Shown here one piece after another: positions 1 to 13,630 of a DNA stretch of 64,000 nucleotides; within the stretch, counting starts at the first letter, position 1, and each line of letters begins with the position of its first letter. The stretch is from Leucoraja erinacea (taxonomy: Eukaryota). The stretch spans positions 32,922,001 through 32,986,000 of the forward strand of contig NC_073397.1 in assembly GCF_028641065.1 (NCBI RefSeq). Direction: 5' to 3'. The notes beneath the pieces were generated by a model. That model made no database searches, was not told the origin of the DNA, and was given only the letters and a program-made list of their open reading frames with translations. The translations under genes were made by a program, and so were the position numbers.

Positions 1-165
1 GTAATGGTTGGAGAATTCTCTGCAGAAGGAGAAGGGAAGAGTAAGAAAATATCCAAGAAAGCTGCTGCTGTAGCCGTTTTGGAAGAATTGAAGAAACTGC
101 CACAACTCCCTACAGTAGAGAAAGTGAAACCACGCATAAAAAAGAAAACTAAATCAATAGTAAAG
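1..165 (+). CDS. STAU1: Staufen homolog 1 exon (5' truncated by the window), end of dsRBD3
   Basis: Translates [55 protein letters not shown], matching vertebrate STAU1; donor AAG|GTGCGT at 166. Confidence 0.95.
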
Positions 166-1966
166 GTGCGTATGGAAAGTCATATTATTTGCTTGTTAAA
201 ATAATTTGTGTCGCTCAATTATTTTTAAGAATTGCAGGTTTTTATTGCTTTCATTAATGGAAGCATCAAAGTAGCCCTTATGTGAGTATTGCTCAGGTGT
301 GCTAGGCTGAAGCTTAGGTTCAGCAGGAACACAAATGTAGAGTTCTGCTGATTCCTCAACTGGAATATTTTGCAGAGCCCTTGCTTCCTTGCCCAAGAAA
401 ATATGTACACTGGTACCTTAGGGGGGCAATTCAATTTAACATTCTTGGCCTTGGAAACCAAGCATTTTCAGGTCTGTTTGGGGGCCCTGGCATCAGCTAC
501 TCAACATGCTGGCACTCTGTACAGATCTTGCAGTTTCCTGTTAAATGTCTCCCTGTCTCCTTGTGGCCTCAAAACACTCTTCCTAACCTGGAGATTTTTC
601 ATTAGCAACAGGTCAGCAGTCACCATCACAAAATTTGTTGACATGCCATCATATCTTATTACCTATCCTCACATGCCCAACAGCTTTGTTTAGTGACTCA
701 ATCACAGTGAACCCTGCAGAGATGAGGTCATGTGTACTGTTTCTATGCTGCACAAGTGGCTACCAACAGCTGAGGCCTTAACCAGTTTCCTGGGACAGCA
801 TTGGGAAGAGTAGGTTCACACCAGGTTACCATCACCCAACGTTGCATCTCTTTGCAATCAATGCTATTGTGAGCCCTTGAGCAACGAATCTTAGAATTCT
901 TGTTCCTGTGAATACATTCTGAGCACTAAAAGACATACCAATAAACTGACATTGCAATGTAAGCATTTTCACTTGCAATGAAAAATTACCAGGTGGATTC
1001 CTGAGGTGGTATTTGTAAAAAGTGAAATTAAGCAGATTATACTCTTGTTTAGAATAAAAACAGAAGTGATCTCACTGAAATGTGATAAGAGATATAGTGC
1101 TGAGAAACCGAATGGTTAATACCTATTATTTGTATTGTCTTAAGAATTGTGTACATATTTATATGGTTTTACATGAATGGGGTTTAAAATAGATCTCAAT
1201 TGCTGGAATTTGTTGGTGTTTCAGAAAAAGTATTTAAAGCAAAGGGTTCAATTTAATTTATTGTCACATCTACCAAGGTACAGAGAAAAGCTTTTTTTGT
1301 GTATGGTGTCCCATGTGTATTTTACCAGTCAGTCTCCACCTGATCCATAGTGATGATCCTGAGCCTGATCCACTGAGTTCTTCCAGCACTTTAGCTCAAG
1401 ATTCCAGCTTCTGCAGTTCCTAGTTTCTCTCAAAAATTACAGTTCAAGTTCCTGATGTTTGTACCCCGAATAGCATTTAACTTTCCGACAAATCTGTGCA
1501 CATGCCTTTTGAGCGTGCACTCAACATTAGAAAATCTTTCTGGCATTCATGCTGGCCGTGTTGACCCAACCTCAGTAAGATTGCAAACAATGTATTGGAC
1601 AGCATCATGAAGCCATGCAAAGGGGGAATAAATGACAACAGCATTTAAAAACAACTTGTTATTTGCCTGGGTTTGGGGGAGTGGGGGAGGAGAAAATGGC
1701 AAACCAACACTGCACATTATATATCAAGAAGGAGAGCAGCTGAGGGAACTTGGGCTGGTCATCATCTGTGGAGAGAAATGCACAGTCAATGTCTCTGGTG
1801 GCAATCCTTCATCTAAGAGTCTCAAACTGAAACTTTTCTCTTCAGAGATGCTGCATGAATTGCTGAGTTTCTTCAACTGCTCTTTTTTTGTTTTTACTTC
1901 ATATTCCTGCACCTGCAGTCTCGTACATACATTATGTTTATTTTGTTTTTTCAATAATATGTTTAT

Positions 1967-2807
1967 CAGGCATGATATTCTTCCGATTTAAATCAGGAAA
2001 CCGATTTATTTTATTTTCCTTACAATGCATCGATTTTTCGATTTTTTTTTTGTTCCCCGTTTTGACACAATTTAGTTGGCAAGATCATAAAATAAAAGGG
2101 TGAGGGAAGGAGAGTCAGTGGAGGTACCGGTCTGGAGGTCGGCAAGCTTGTGATTCATGATGGAAGTCAGAAAAGGGGGGGGGAGGGAGGGGAACGGCAT
2201 GGGCGGACAGAACACAAAGACGCTCCAAAGGCGATGATAGTGGGGGTTGGAGAGATGCGGGGCCCAACCTCCCGGGCAGCGGCTACCCCCTCCCCTTTCT
2301 GGTGAATTTCTGTTTATATTGAGAATTTTTCTTTTCATTGTTATTGGCAGAGGTTTTTAGTTTTCTACCTTCGTAGCGTTGTCGATGTGACATCAGTGTA
2401 TTGACAGTTAACTGTGCCTTGCAGTACTGTGCATAATTATGCCTTGAGACAGTACCTTTCCAAGGTGATATGTAGGTTTTACTTTTGTATTCTTTTGGCA
2501 TCTCTACAAATAGCTCATTTAGAAATTCAGGTAAAGATTTTTTTTAGCTGTATGAAGTCAATTAATTCATGAAATATTTATCTTTTGGTGGTTATTTTAC
2601 TGGTTGTGTGGTGGAAAATTTCTAAGCTTCTGTTATGTAAACTACCAGCAGAAAGCTTAGGAATTACTTTCAATTTATTGAAAAGGAGGAGCCCCCTGAA
2701 CCCCCACCGGGGGCGCTGCCCCTGGACCCCGCCAGGGACCTACCCGGCCTCTAGAACCCCCGGCCAATACTTCCTACTTTTTTTTCTGGAGGTGAATATC
2801 ATGCCTA
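1967..2807. mobile_element. Non-autonomous DNA transposon (hAT-like) in a STAU1 intron
   Basis: 14-bp TIRs CAGGCATGATATTC / GAATATCATGCCTA; GTTTAT directly flanks both ends (6-bp TSD); GC-rich subterminal GGGGCGCTGCCCCTGGACCCC. Confidence 0.65.
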
Positions 2808-5117
2808 GTTTATGGGCAAGAAATATGTAACAATGCAGGCAAGTTTAAATGCAGTTGGGCAATTTTGAAAAATGGTCTTGGTTTACCATGCTGGAACTGC
2901 ATCTCATGACAAACTGGCTGAAGTAAACTGGCTCTGTGGCATGAAGATGATAAGAAAAGGTTTGTTTGCATTCGTTGTCCATGGGCAATGGTAAAGTCAC
3001 TGAACATTTTTTGCTGATGAATTTTTTTAGCTGGATTTAAAAAAAAAATCTGACTATGCCATTCATTCAAGGAAGTGAAATAAGGGATGGTTTCTAAGCA
3101 GAATGGTGGGCTGATTTTTGATCGGCCGATCAAAAAATGCTGGTAACTTTATCAGGTTTCGTGAGTGATTCACAAATTCTTGGGTTAGGTACTTTGTATC
3201 GTATTATCTGCAGGATTACTGTTCCAGCAGCTTCAGGTTTTGAGTAAAACCCCAGATCTATTTTCTATGCATGCTCACTTACCAAGCTACTGTAACTTAA
3301 AAGCTAATGCAGATGTCTCCTGTACTTCATGCTCCTTGCACAGGAAGGATACATGTTACCTAATTTAATTGGAATTGTGAACAATTTTCAACAAAGGTGT
3401 AATTGTGCCTCCACATTCAAATTTGGCCATTGCTATCCAGAGATATTTTTGTGAAACAAGCGGTCATAGTTACATAGCACAGAAATGGTCTACCTTTGTG
3501 CCTATCTGCACAAATCCCATTTTCCTCACGTCAGATTTATATCCCTCAATGACTTAAGTGTTTGTCTAAATGTATCTTAAACATGGTGACTATATCTGAC
3601 AAGTGACAGGTATCAACCATTGTGTTTAAATAAAAAAAAAAGTAAAGTTATTCTGATCACCTTAAAACTTCATCCTTTAATCTTAAACCTGTGCCCTCTT
3701 ATTTTTTATGGGGAAAGGATTTTGATTATCTATCTTTTCAGTGCCTCATGATTCTTTGAACGATTTTCCTCTTTGTACTATGTATGGACTAATCTCCATG
3801 ACTTTATTTTGTTTATCGTATGTTAATCATTTTTAAAGAATTGATTCTTGCACTACTATTGCCTTTGAAATCTGTGTGGCTGTGTTTATTAAAAAATCTA
3901 AGTTGCTGTCTTGTGTGGGGGTGTGTTGTTCATAAGTGATATCTGCTTTTTTGTCGATCATTTAAGTTATGGAACCTGGTTGCGTTAATTACTTTATCTT
4001 TCAAAATATCTGATGATATGTCTATTCTCTTCAGTGAAAATCAATTGTTATGATTTCAAAGCTAATTCAATTCTTGAATCTTGCTTTTATTATTATCTTA
4101 TTGATCTTCCTGTCTGTTGAGGGTATTTTACTTTTTCCTTCAATGAAGGATGTAAATTCTGGAAAATGAAACCATTCCCCCATTTTAAACTCTTTTGGTG
4201 GCAATTACATAACTTAGATTGAAGAAGGGTCCCGACCAAAAATGTCATCTTTCTGTCTAAAGAAAGGTCCTAACTTGAAACGTCACCTATACATGTTATC
4301 CAGAGATGCTGCTGGACATGCTGAGTTACTCAGCATTTTGTCTTTTTTAATATCTTAGATTTGTCGTTTTTTTCCCCCTTTATCAACTCGTGCAGTGTTC
4401 ACAGAAATAAGGTCATATCAATGGTAGGTTATATGGATTCTTCAAAATTGAGATGAGTATGGATCTTTTTGTGTAATTCTGAACTAAGTTTGTATCAGAT
4501 TCCATTCTGTAGCCTTTTGATGAATATCCTGACTACTTAGAACAATCTGAATTAGTGTATATGTTTCGACTATTGGTTCACATACTGATTCTTGCTATTT
4601 TAGATTGGTATAATTAATAGAAGTAAAATCTTATTACATTTGATGCTGTGCGTTAGGGGGAACGATTGTGAGCTATTAATTTATCCTCTTTGGCAAAATG
4701 GCAGCATTAGCTCTCAATGTTAGCTGAACTAATTGGGACGTTTTATACATTTACGTAGTGATACATTTCTGGATAATTTACTGCAGGACATTTTGACTCG
4801 CTTTCCAGAAACTGTCAGGAAAATTGTATAGGATTAGAAGCAGGCCTTCTCTTCCTTGTGAAGAATACAAAAGTAAAAGGTGGGGAAAAAACGACAAAAC
4901 AACACCGCTTTTGGTGTCTCAAATCTGCAAGATTCAGCATTGCAAATTTTCAATTTTTCTTTAAAAAAAAAAAAAAAATTAGGTTACTTGTATACCCAAA
5001 ACAATCTGGCTTTACGGATTTGGCTGCACAAAAGTTAAACTTCATTCATCATTTTGCCCATTGATTTGATTTGATTCGCGCTGAAATGCTGAGCTTGCAT
5101 TTTTTTTTATTTTTAAG

Positions 5118-5261
5118 CTACAGACCAGTCCAGAGTATGGGCAAGGAATGAATCCAATCAGCCGTCTAGCTCAAATTCAGCAAGCAAAAAAAGAAAAGGA
5201 GCCTGAATATACATTAATGGTAGAACGAGGCCTTCCTCGCCTCAGAGAGTTTGTTATGCGG
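5118..5261 (+). CDS. STAU1: STAU1 exon (dsRBD4 N-terminal part)
   Basis: Poly-T/AAG acceptor; [48 protein letters not shown]; donor GTGAGA; 144 nt, phase 0. Confidence 0.95.
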
Positions 5262-5348
5262 GTGAGAAATGTTACATAATTTATTTGATTTTCTATGGAT
5301 TCTGAAAGATACAATCCCAAATAATTTGAACTGTACTCTGTTATTTAG

Positions 5349-5495
5349 GTAAAAGTCGGCGGTCAAGTATCAGAGGGAATGGGCCCAAATAAGAAGGTTG
5401 CTAAACGAAATGCAGCTGAGAAAATGCTGGAGCTTTTAGGTTTTAAAGTTCCTCAGACTCAGCCACCTAAACCAGCTCTGAAAACCGATGAAAAG
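5349..5495 (+). CDS. STAU1: STAU1 exon (dsRBD4 C-terminal part)
   Basis: TTAG acceptor; [49 protein letters not shown]; donor GTAATA; 147 nt. Confidence 0.95.
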
Positions 5496-5593
5496 GTAAT
5501 ACCTTTTCTGCAATGCAGATAATAACAAATTAATTTTAATGATCTTTGAGTGTTACAAGGTCTGTTCTGAAGAATTTCTCGTATCCTTTTCAG

Positions 5594-5672
5594 CCAACTT
5601 TGAAAGAACCTGTCAAAGGAAGAAAAGTAACCTTTTTTGAACCCAATTCCTCTATGGAAGATACAGCAGCAG
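5594..5672 (+). CDS. STAU1: STAU1 exon containing the RKVTF (PP1-binding type) motif
   Basis: TTTTCAG acceptor; PTLKEPVKGRKVTFFEPNSSMEDTAA; donor GTTGGT; 79 nt, phase 1. Confidence 0.93.
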
Positions 5673-5842
5673 GTTGGTTTCAGGCAACTGAGATATGCTA
5701 TGTTCTAATATTATGCTTCGTCTATTCTTCTGCACTATTTCAGCTGACTTTTCCTACATGAATCAATACATTTTTTCCTTTCACCTATCTTTTAAACTCT
5801 ACGATTTGGCACATGTTGAAGAAAGTTAAGCAAATTAAGTTC

Positions 5843-6086
5843 CAGAGATTCACACAGAGAGTGGTGAATCTCTGGAACTCTCTGCCACAGAGGGTAGTTG
5901 AGGCCAGTTCATTGGCTATATTTAAGAGGGAGTTAGATGTGGCCCTTGTGGCTAAGGGGATCAGGGGGTATGGAGAGAAGGCAGGTACGGGATACTGAGT
6001 TGGATGATCAGCCATGATCATATTGAATGGCGGTGCAGGCTCGAAGGGCCGAATGGCCTACTCCTGCACCTAATTTCTATGTTTCT
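5843..6086 (+). mobile_element. CR1 LINE 3' fragment
   Basis: FTQRVVNLWNSLP...GIRGYG C-terminus and CR1 3' tail GGGCCGAATGGCCTACTCCTGCACC. Confidence 0.85.
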
Positions 6087-7132
6087 AAAAAGTCAAGCAA
6101 CCAGAATGATATTGTGTGAAGGTGTAGAATGAAGCCAACTAAATGTTTTCATTGAGAAATTAACTGCGCTATAATAATACAGTTAACCAAAGGCCCACCA
6201 CACCAACCTTCTGGTTCACTTGTGCCTCCTTTTCTCAACGTGGAGAATGTTTGTCATTTACACACAGCTGGCTAATATTTCTTTAAGCAGCAATCTTGAT
6301 TAACATCTCTATTTCACACTCTGCATTTTTCCTTTCATTGGCGTCCTTGTTATTGAATTGTTTTTCCGTTTCACTTTAAGATGCAGCCAAACTTTCTGTT
6401 TCCAAAATAAATAACCCAGTCTGCAAAATTGGTATTAGCTTTTGTTCTGGGGATAAAGATTTGAACATGTTTAGGAACGGCATCACTTAAGAAGTGAACT
6501 GCAACATGACGCTCATCTAAAACAGTTGTCACAGTGTCATAGAGTGATACAATGTGAAAACGGGCCCAACTTGCCCACACCGGCTAACATGTCCCAGCTA
6601 TACTAGTCCCACTGCTCGCGTTTGGTCCATATCCCTCCGAACCTGTCCTATCCATGTACCTGTTGAACTGTTTCTTAAATGTTGGGAAAGTCCCTGCCCC
6701 AACTACCTCCTCTGGCAGCTTCTTCCATGCACCCACCACCCTTCTTTTGAAAAATGACAAGTATCATGCAAATGTAAAAATTCTAATTCTAAGGTGTAGT
6801 TCTATTTCTTTGTAAAGTGTGCTGGCCCAGGTCATCTTTACATAACAAGAAGCCATCAGTGTCACAATGGAAAATGGTGGGAGAAGTAAAAATGAGGATG
6901 GATTTTCTTTAAAATAAAAATGGTAGCAATCAAAGGGGAAATGTTTGTTCCATTCAGCATAGTATGTTGTTTGTATATGAATGAGGAAAATGGGCTTGAT
7001 CAGACTATTACATCATCAATAAGAGTGCAACATTGCTAGTAAAGTGTATGTCGAATGATTCTGCACAATCAGTTCATGTGCTAAGGCAATTATTTTGATT
7101 TATTAAACATTGTCACTTGTATAATATTTCAG

Positions 7133-7464
7133 GTAAAGATGGGAGTATGCGCCTGGAAGATGAGTTTCGAATGCCTTATCCCAGCCACCAGCAACTGCCT
7201 GCTGGAATCCTACCCATGGTTCCTGAAGTAGCACAGGCTGTTGGAGTCAATCAGGGGCATCATACCAAAGATTTCAACAGGCCTGCGGTGAATCCGGCAA
7301 TGGCCACAATTACTGCAATGATTGCAAGAGAACTGCTGTATGGTGGGACATCCTTAACTGCTGAAACTGTATTGAAAAATAACCCTGCAGCCCGCAAGCC
7401 ACAAAACACCCTAACCAGACCTTCAGAACAGTTGGACTTTCTAGCTAATGTTCAAGCATTGCAG
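7133..7464 (+). CDS. STAU1: STAU1 exon (TBD/Staufen-swapping motif region)
   Basis: TTTCAG acceptor; [30 protein letters not shown]...[13 protein letters not shown]...[16 protein letters not shown]; donor GTATAA; 79+332 nt restores frame. Confidence 0.95.
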
Positions 7465-9401
7465 GTATAACAAATCTATCTTGAGCGTATGTTTCTAAGA
7501 AGTTAATATTTTTTTGTGTCGCGGAAATGTTACGAAATGCACTATAAACTTCACATCTTTGCATATGACGACAAGTACATCCAGCCAGTTGATGAGCTGT
7601 TTTCTGTGTTACTGTACATGGTGATTTTACTTGTATTATTCAAAATTATGTGGTTCTATTCTGGTACTAAATCTTCTAGGAAACAAATCTTGAACTTGAT
7701 CCATGCAAAATGAATCGGTGAATTCTCTGATTGTATTGCTACATTAATCAGATTTTGCAGGTCACTTATACGCTAAATAGTATTTTTGATTGGTATTGTG
7801 ATATGGCTTACCCAATAAATTAACCGTTATATATTTAAGTTCAAAGGTAATTTAAATGTAGACTTAAAGGGAAGTGAATGACATCTCATTCAAATGGGAG
7901 AGTTGATAGATGTGTAAGATGAGTTGAGATCTCACAGAATACTGGAGCAGATCCAGAAAGCCTATGGCTCAATATTTTAACATAAGAAATGGGAGCCTGT
8001 GTTTTCATTCTGCCATTGTGAGCTTGTTCTGCCGTGCATCGTGATCATAGCTGAACTCTGGTTCCGTTGTCTGCTTATCCCAACATCCCTTGATTAATTT
8101 CATACCCTGAAACCTATAGATCACTGTTTGAATGGACGATGACAGAGCCCCTACGGTCGGGGAAGAGAATCCCAAAGATTCCGGAGCCAATATCTAGCTT
8201 GCAATAACTTTCACATTTCAGTGAGATATCCTTTCAATCTCAACTCAAGAACACAGGCTAAATCTATTGGATATCATCCAGCAAATCCAACCTCCCTGGA
8301 ACCAGTCTATTGAATCTTCTTTGCATTCCCCCTGTGGATACATTCACTTTTAGGTCATGGGATCAAAACTAGTTACTTCAGTTGCACAATCACCAAGGTC
8401 CTACGTATTGCAATAAGATATCTTCTATATTCAAATCCTTCTGTTATGTGCCAATATATCATATACGTTCCTAATTACATGGTGTTCCTTCATATTTATT
8501 TTCAATAAACTTGTGTGCAAAAAGATAAAGGTCCCTTTGAACATAAGCATTACCCATTCTCTTTTTAAACATTGGTATTCTGCCTTTTTGTTATGCACTT
8601 GTGGAGAAAGTCACATTTTATTGGCCATATTCTCGCTATCTCAACTTGTCTATATATTTTTGAAGCCGCCTTACATTCCCTACCCCAGTCTCAATCCCGT
8701 CAAAATTTTGTGTCTACGGCAAATTCTGAAATGTGATATTTGGTCCCCTCAGCCCTTTCACCGATCTCGGCACCCATCTCTGCAGTATTTATTGAGGCTC
8801 AACCTGCCAATTGAAGTATCCATTTATTCCCACTCTGCTTTCTACCTGGTGACCAATTCTTAATCCTGTCAGTATAATGCCCCAAAAGTCCTAATTTAAT
8901 TGCAACATGCCATGTGAGTGACCATTTTGAAAGCTTTATGAAAACCCAAACACGCAATTCATTTTTTTCCCCTCCGTCCTAGTCTGATCCTCAAAGAACT
9001 CTTGGTGATTAATCAAAAGCTATTTTCGTTTCTCGACTTCCAGTTTATTGTATCCAATCTTGGATTCCAGCACGTTCTGTACTACTGATATGAGCCTAAT
9101 AGATCTGTGGTTCTGTTTCTCTCCCGTTTGATATTGTGGTGTCACATTTGCTCTTCTCTAATCCACAGGAACAATTCTACAATTTTTTAGACAAATACTA
9201 TTCCTATAGGCACCTTTTTCAAAACACTGTACATTATCATCTTGCCAATTCTGAGTTTTTTTTTGTCCTTAAACTAATATTACCTTCAATTCGTCAATTC
9301 TACCAGACCTTTGGTGTTCGCTCTTTTTCTGGCATGTCCTTTTGTTCTATGTGAATGGCCGTTTAACAAAAAAGTTATTTATGTGATTTGTTTCTTTCTA
9401 G

Positions 9402-9524
9402 GTTGAATATAAAGACTTTCCAAAAAACAACAAAAATGAGTATGTGTCATTGATAAATTGTTCATCCCAACCTCCTCTGATCAGCCATGGAATTGGAAAA
9501 GATGTTGAGTCTTGTCATGACATG
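9402..9524 (+). CDS. STAU1: STAU1 exon (dsRBD5)
   Basis: [41 protein letters not shown]; AG/GT boundaries; 123 nt. Confidence 0.95.
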
Positions 9525-9660
9525 GTAAAACAAAACTTCATAATTTTAAAACTTGTTCATAAAGTCTTGATGAAACGATTTGAAATTGCCGGTAATTGGT
9601 GGATTGGGATTCTAGAATAGTCTTACTAAAGTAGTTAACATTTATTTTCTCCCTTTCCAG

Positions 9661-9746
9661 GCTGCTCTTAATATCTTAAAATTGTTGTCTGAGCTGGACC
9701 AACAAAATGTAGAAATATCAAGAACAGGAAATGGACCAATTGCTGT
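9661..9746 (+). CDS. STAU1: STAU1 penultimate exon
   Basis: [28 protein letters not shown](V); donor GTAAGT at 9747; phase 2. Confidence 0.93.
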
Positions 9747-10722
9747 GTAAGTGTAAAGTGTTTCTCTTTCATTTAATCCTCTAAATCTCTCAGGGTTAAG
9801 GGTGTCATACTTCCTACTTCCACTCCAGTTTTGAGGCGATTGAAGCCAATTTGGAGCCATGGACTACCACCAATTGTTTTGGCAGACATTTGTTGGGGCT
9901 GAATGGTTAGGCACTCCTACTGGACTCACGTGTGTTCCTGGCAAAATTCAGGTTATCAGTGTTATCCTCGATGCTCCACATTTTTGAGAGGTTATGGGCC
10001 AGGGTTTCCATAATTTGGTGAAGATGGCATTTTTGCTCACCCCCCAGGAAGTCTTTAATCCATTCTGAAATAATTTCCTCAAACCTGACGATCCAAGATC
10101 ATGGAACTTGGAAGGGAGTGCCTGTCTATTTTTGTTTTTGCATGGCATGCAAAGAAGATTTAAGGCTTTTGGAAAAGACTAGGAAAATAGAGTAAACAAC
10201 TGTGAAAACTAGATAATTTGGAGTTTGCAGAAGAAGAATCGACCTAATTGCCCATCAATTGATTAAATGGCCATCAAAGGGCCAAAGGGCATCATAGTGG
10301 CGCATTTGGTAAATCTGCTGTCTTGCAACAGCTGAGATCTGCATTTGATTCTGACCTTGGGTGCTGTCTATGGAGGTTGCATGTCCTTCCTGTAACCACG
10401 TGGGTTTCCATTGGGTGAACCGGTTTCCTCCCACATCCCAAAGACGTTCGGGTTTGCAGATGGATTGCCGTCTGTAAATCACCCCTATAGTGTCTAGAGA
10501 GTGGGTGAGGAAGTGGGATAATGGAACTAGTGTTAATTGGTGGTCAATGGTTGACATGGCATTTGTGGGGGAACAAAATGGTATTGTTTGTTCAGATTCT
10601 GTATCAACATAGATCGTAATTCCAGGCATCTTGAGCAATATGGATTGTTTAATTGAATCTACACTTATGACGAGATATTTTTTCCATAACATTTTATTGA
10701 AAAATCATCCTCTTATTTTCAG

Positions 10723-10810
10723 ATGCGTGAAACAAGAAATTGATGGAGACACTCTCATCAAACCGGCTAACTCAAACACTTTAGGACAAACACTGGATGT
10801 CACTGACTGA
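10723..10810 (+). CDS. STAU1: STAU1 last coding exon with stop codon
   Basis: TTTTCAG acceptor, phase-compatible with the previous exon; CVKQEIDGDTLIKPANSNTLGQTLDVTD* resembles the non-mammalian STAU1 C-terminus. Confidence 0.88.
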
Positions 10811-13630
10811 AAGCCCTTTCTTTGACCCAAAGCAAGCACCAGAGAAAATTGGATGCTTCCTGTCCTGTGACATTGTAACTTCCGGTTTAGACAACTACAG
10901 TTTAAATCTTGCTGTAGTATCTAAATCATTAAGTTGCTTAACTTTTTAAAAGTATACATTTCAACATTAATTCAATTTTTTTTGATGAAGGAAATTTATT
11001 CCTAATTTTTCATTGGAACTTTGAATTTCTGTTGATGCTTCTCCAAACGTACATTACATGACGATTGAAAGGTTGCTTAACAAAATTGGGGTCATATCCA
11101 ACTTATGTAGTTTATTATTTGGTATGTGTTTGAATTGGCCATTAGAAACAAACTGTTTTGGTGTAACAAAACCTGGTGCTAGTTTAAAAAAAAAAAAGAG
11201 GAGTGCCTCCGTTTTCTTTGTTATCCAAACGAGAGAAAATGAAACTCCAAATTTACTGAGTAGATTATGAGGACTGTTTCTTGTTATTTCATTTTTCATT
11301 CAGTGGAAAATGATATCAAGTTAAGTGTTCAGTCTTCTAGATTAAGTTTGTTTTTTCTTAATCTAAAAGATTTTTTTTTTATTTACTTTGATAACACTGA
11401 AGGAATTTTTGTTTTTATATTAAACTTTGTTCAACAAAAAATAATTTTCAATATTGAAAAAGAATTACATTGTTGGATATGATCTTTTACCTGGCTGATA
11501 CCAGGACTTGCAGATTACTGTACATCTTGGTGCAGGGTAAATTGTAAGATGTTGTGTTGTACTTTAATGCTTTGATGTTCCATGTGATGTACACAAAGTG
11601 TGTACAGTAAACATTTTGCTTATTGTCCAAGTAAAGCACGAAACCGTCAAAATTGTTACTTTACTTTTGGACTTATTTCCCTCCCCATGTACTGTACCTA
11701 TGGAATGGAGAAGTAAAAATTGGTGTTTGTGCAAAAGTACTGGTGGCTTTTATTAGCATAACACATTTTACTAATGTGAAGCTGAGTTAAAGGAGTTCAC
11801 AGTCAAATTTAAAACTTTTGTTTTGCAGTTTTAAGTATTTGAAGGAAAATGTATTTTCCATTTCACCCACTTGACATTTGTGTGAATCTTTTTCCAAAAT
11901 AAGCTATATGAGTTAATTCTGTATCATAATCACCTTCTTTGCAAGTGTAGAAGGAAAACTGCTAGCTAGTAAAGTTACTGGAAAATACTGTGAAATATCC
12001 CGATCTTTTAGTTACAAGAAATACGTGACTCCTTTAAATCATGCTGCACAGGCTTTTCTCCATTATGCGTGGTAGAATAGCTAACCTTATATAAGGGTAT
12101 TATTTTTAACATGACAGCATCAATCTGAAGAATAACACTTTTCTTCAAAGTTGAACCTGAATAACCTTTGAAATCAAACAACAGGTGATCAGACTTTTAA
12201 AGTGGGTTAGAAGCTCTAAAGATGACTCTGCAACTGTGGAGCGTTTACTATATTAAAGGTTCATTCAACTAAAACTTAATTGTTCAAAACCTGTTTTGAT
12301 TCATATGTTGGTATAGAGAGGTAAAGCATTTTTGAGTTTGACACCAAATAGAATTAGCTAATAAGCACTAATTAATTTTGGTTTTGACATTTGTGGTTAA
12401 AAGTTTGAAACAACTGCATGATTTTACCCCAGCATCCTCCAACAAACCACTTTTGCAAAACCACTATTTAAATATTTGGGGAATAAAAGAGATAAGATGG
12501 TAAGAGAAACAAGATGAAAAATTCATTTTGTGTATTTGTAATTTCTCCTCACCTACTGGACAGTGTTACTATGCTTTGGTTGGATCTTGTTTGATATTTT
12601 CAGCTGAAACTGCATATTTTGTTTCATATCTAAGATCTGTATAGCTGTGTTGTCCTAATTTGACTTCACTGCAATACAGTGTATGCTATATTTTAAAAAA
12701 ACTGACCTACGGTAATCAATTTGTATTTGTACTTAAGACAAATGCTGCTGCTCTGAATGCATAGTTGTGTGACGACAAGACTAAATGGACCCTTAAACAA
12801 AAGAAAAAGCAAAGCTCACTTAAATCCACCTTGGTGTATGTAGATGACAGGATATCAGCGAACATCAAATCAGAAGATTGAGATGTGCCTACAAAACTAA
12901 TGCAAAGATTGTAGGTTTGAATATGATTACAGTAAATTTATTGTCAAAACTGTTTGAGCAAAGTTTACAACACTTTGTGACAGACAATTAATGTATTTTC
13001 ATCTTCACAAAATAATTGCTTCTGATAGAGTGATTTTTAATGCAGGCAAACACACAGCAGATATTTATGCATAGGAATATCCCTTGGCCATGAGATTAAT
13101 GACCTGTTCATATAGTTTGGTAGAGACACCATGCTGACAATAACATATCCAAAGACTCTTGCCTCTGGCTCCAGCCAAAGTTCTGATGCAGTGGAAAATT
13201 CACTTTTATATTCCCTGTAGCCAGCACGCTGGGTGGTTTTCTTTTCTCAGAAACAACCCCTCAAAAGTACGATCAAAACTGAATCTTGGAACGTGGTGGC
13301 TACTTCCTGTGTTGTCATTAACGTTCCATGATATATTTAAGCTGCTTGGCAATAGGATATCGCTGAAAAAAAGCAAGTTGCATGAAGTAAGTTGACAAGC
13401 TGGAAAGTTGTATCCTCCTTTCCCCATAGTTTTAAATGCTCTTTGAAATTTATATACACAAACATGAATCTATCTTTTGCGGCCTTCGCTGAATGTGTTC
13501 TACAAATAGGGTTTGAATTTTTTCAGTTTGGGAGTGTATCTCTAGTTATTTCAATGTTGGTAAAGTCTGGTCATTAAATTTTGGGCAAATGCATCAACCT
13601 TTTAATAAATTGCAGCTAAATTGGTCATTG
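10811..13630 (+). other. STAU1: Putative long STAU1 3'UTR
   Basis: AT-rich and free of recognisable repeats after the stop codon; AATAAA at 12482 and 13604; exact end uncertain. Confidence 0.5.

Noticed and set aside
1-10810. STAU2 identity suggested by the SBSPON-like neighbour
   Set aside because: Peptides such as [29 protein letters not shown] and LLYGGTS are STAU1-type, and SNORD12 linkage agrees
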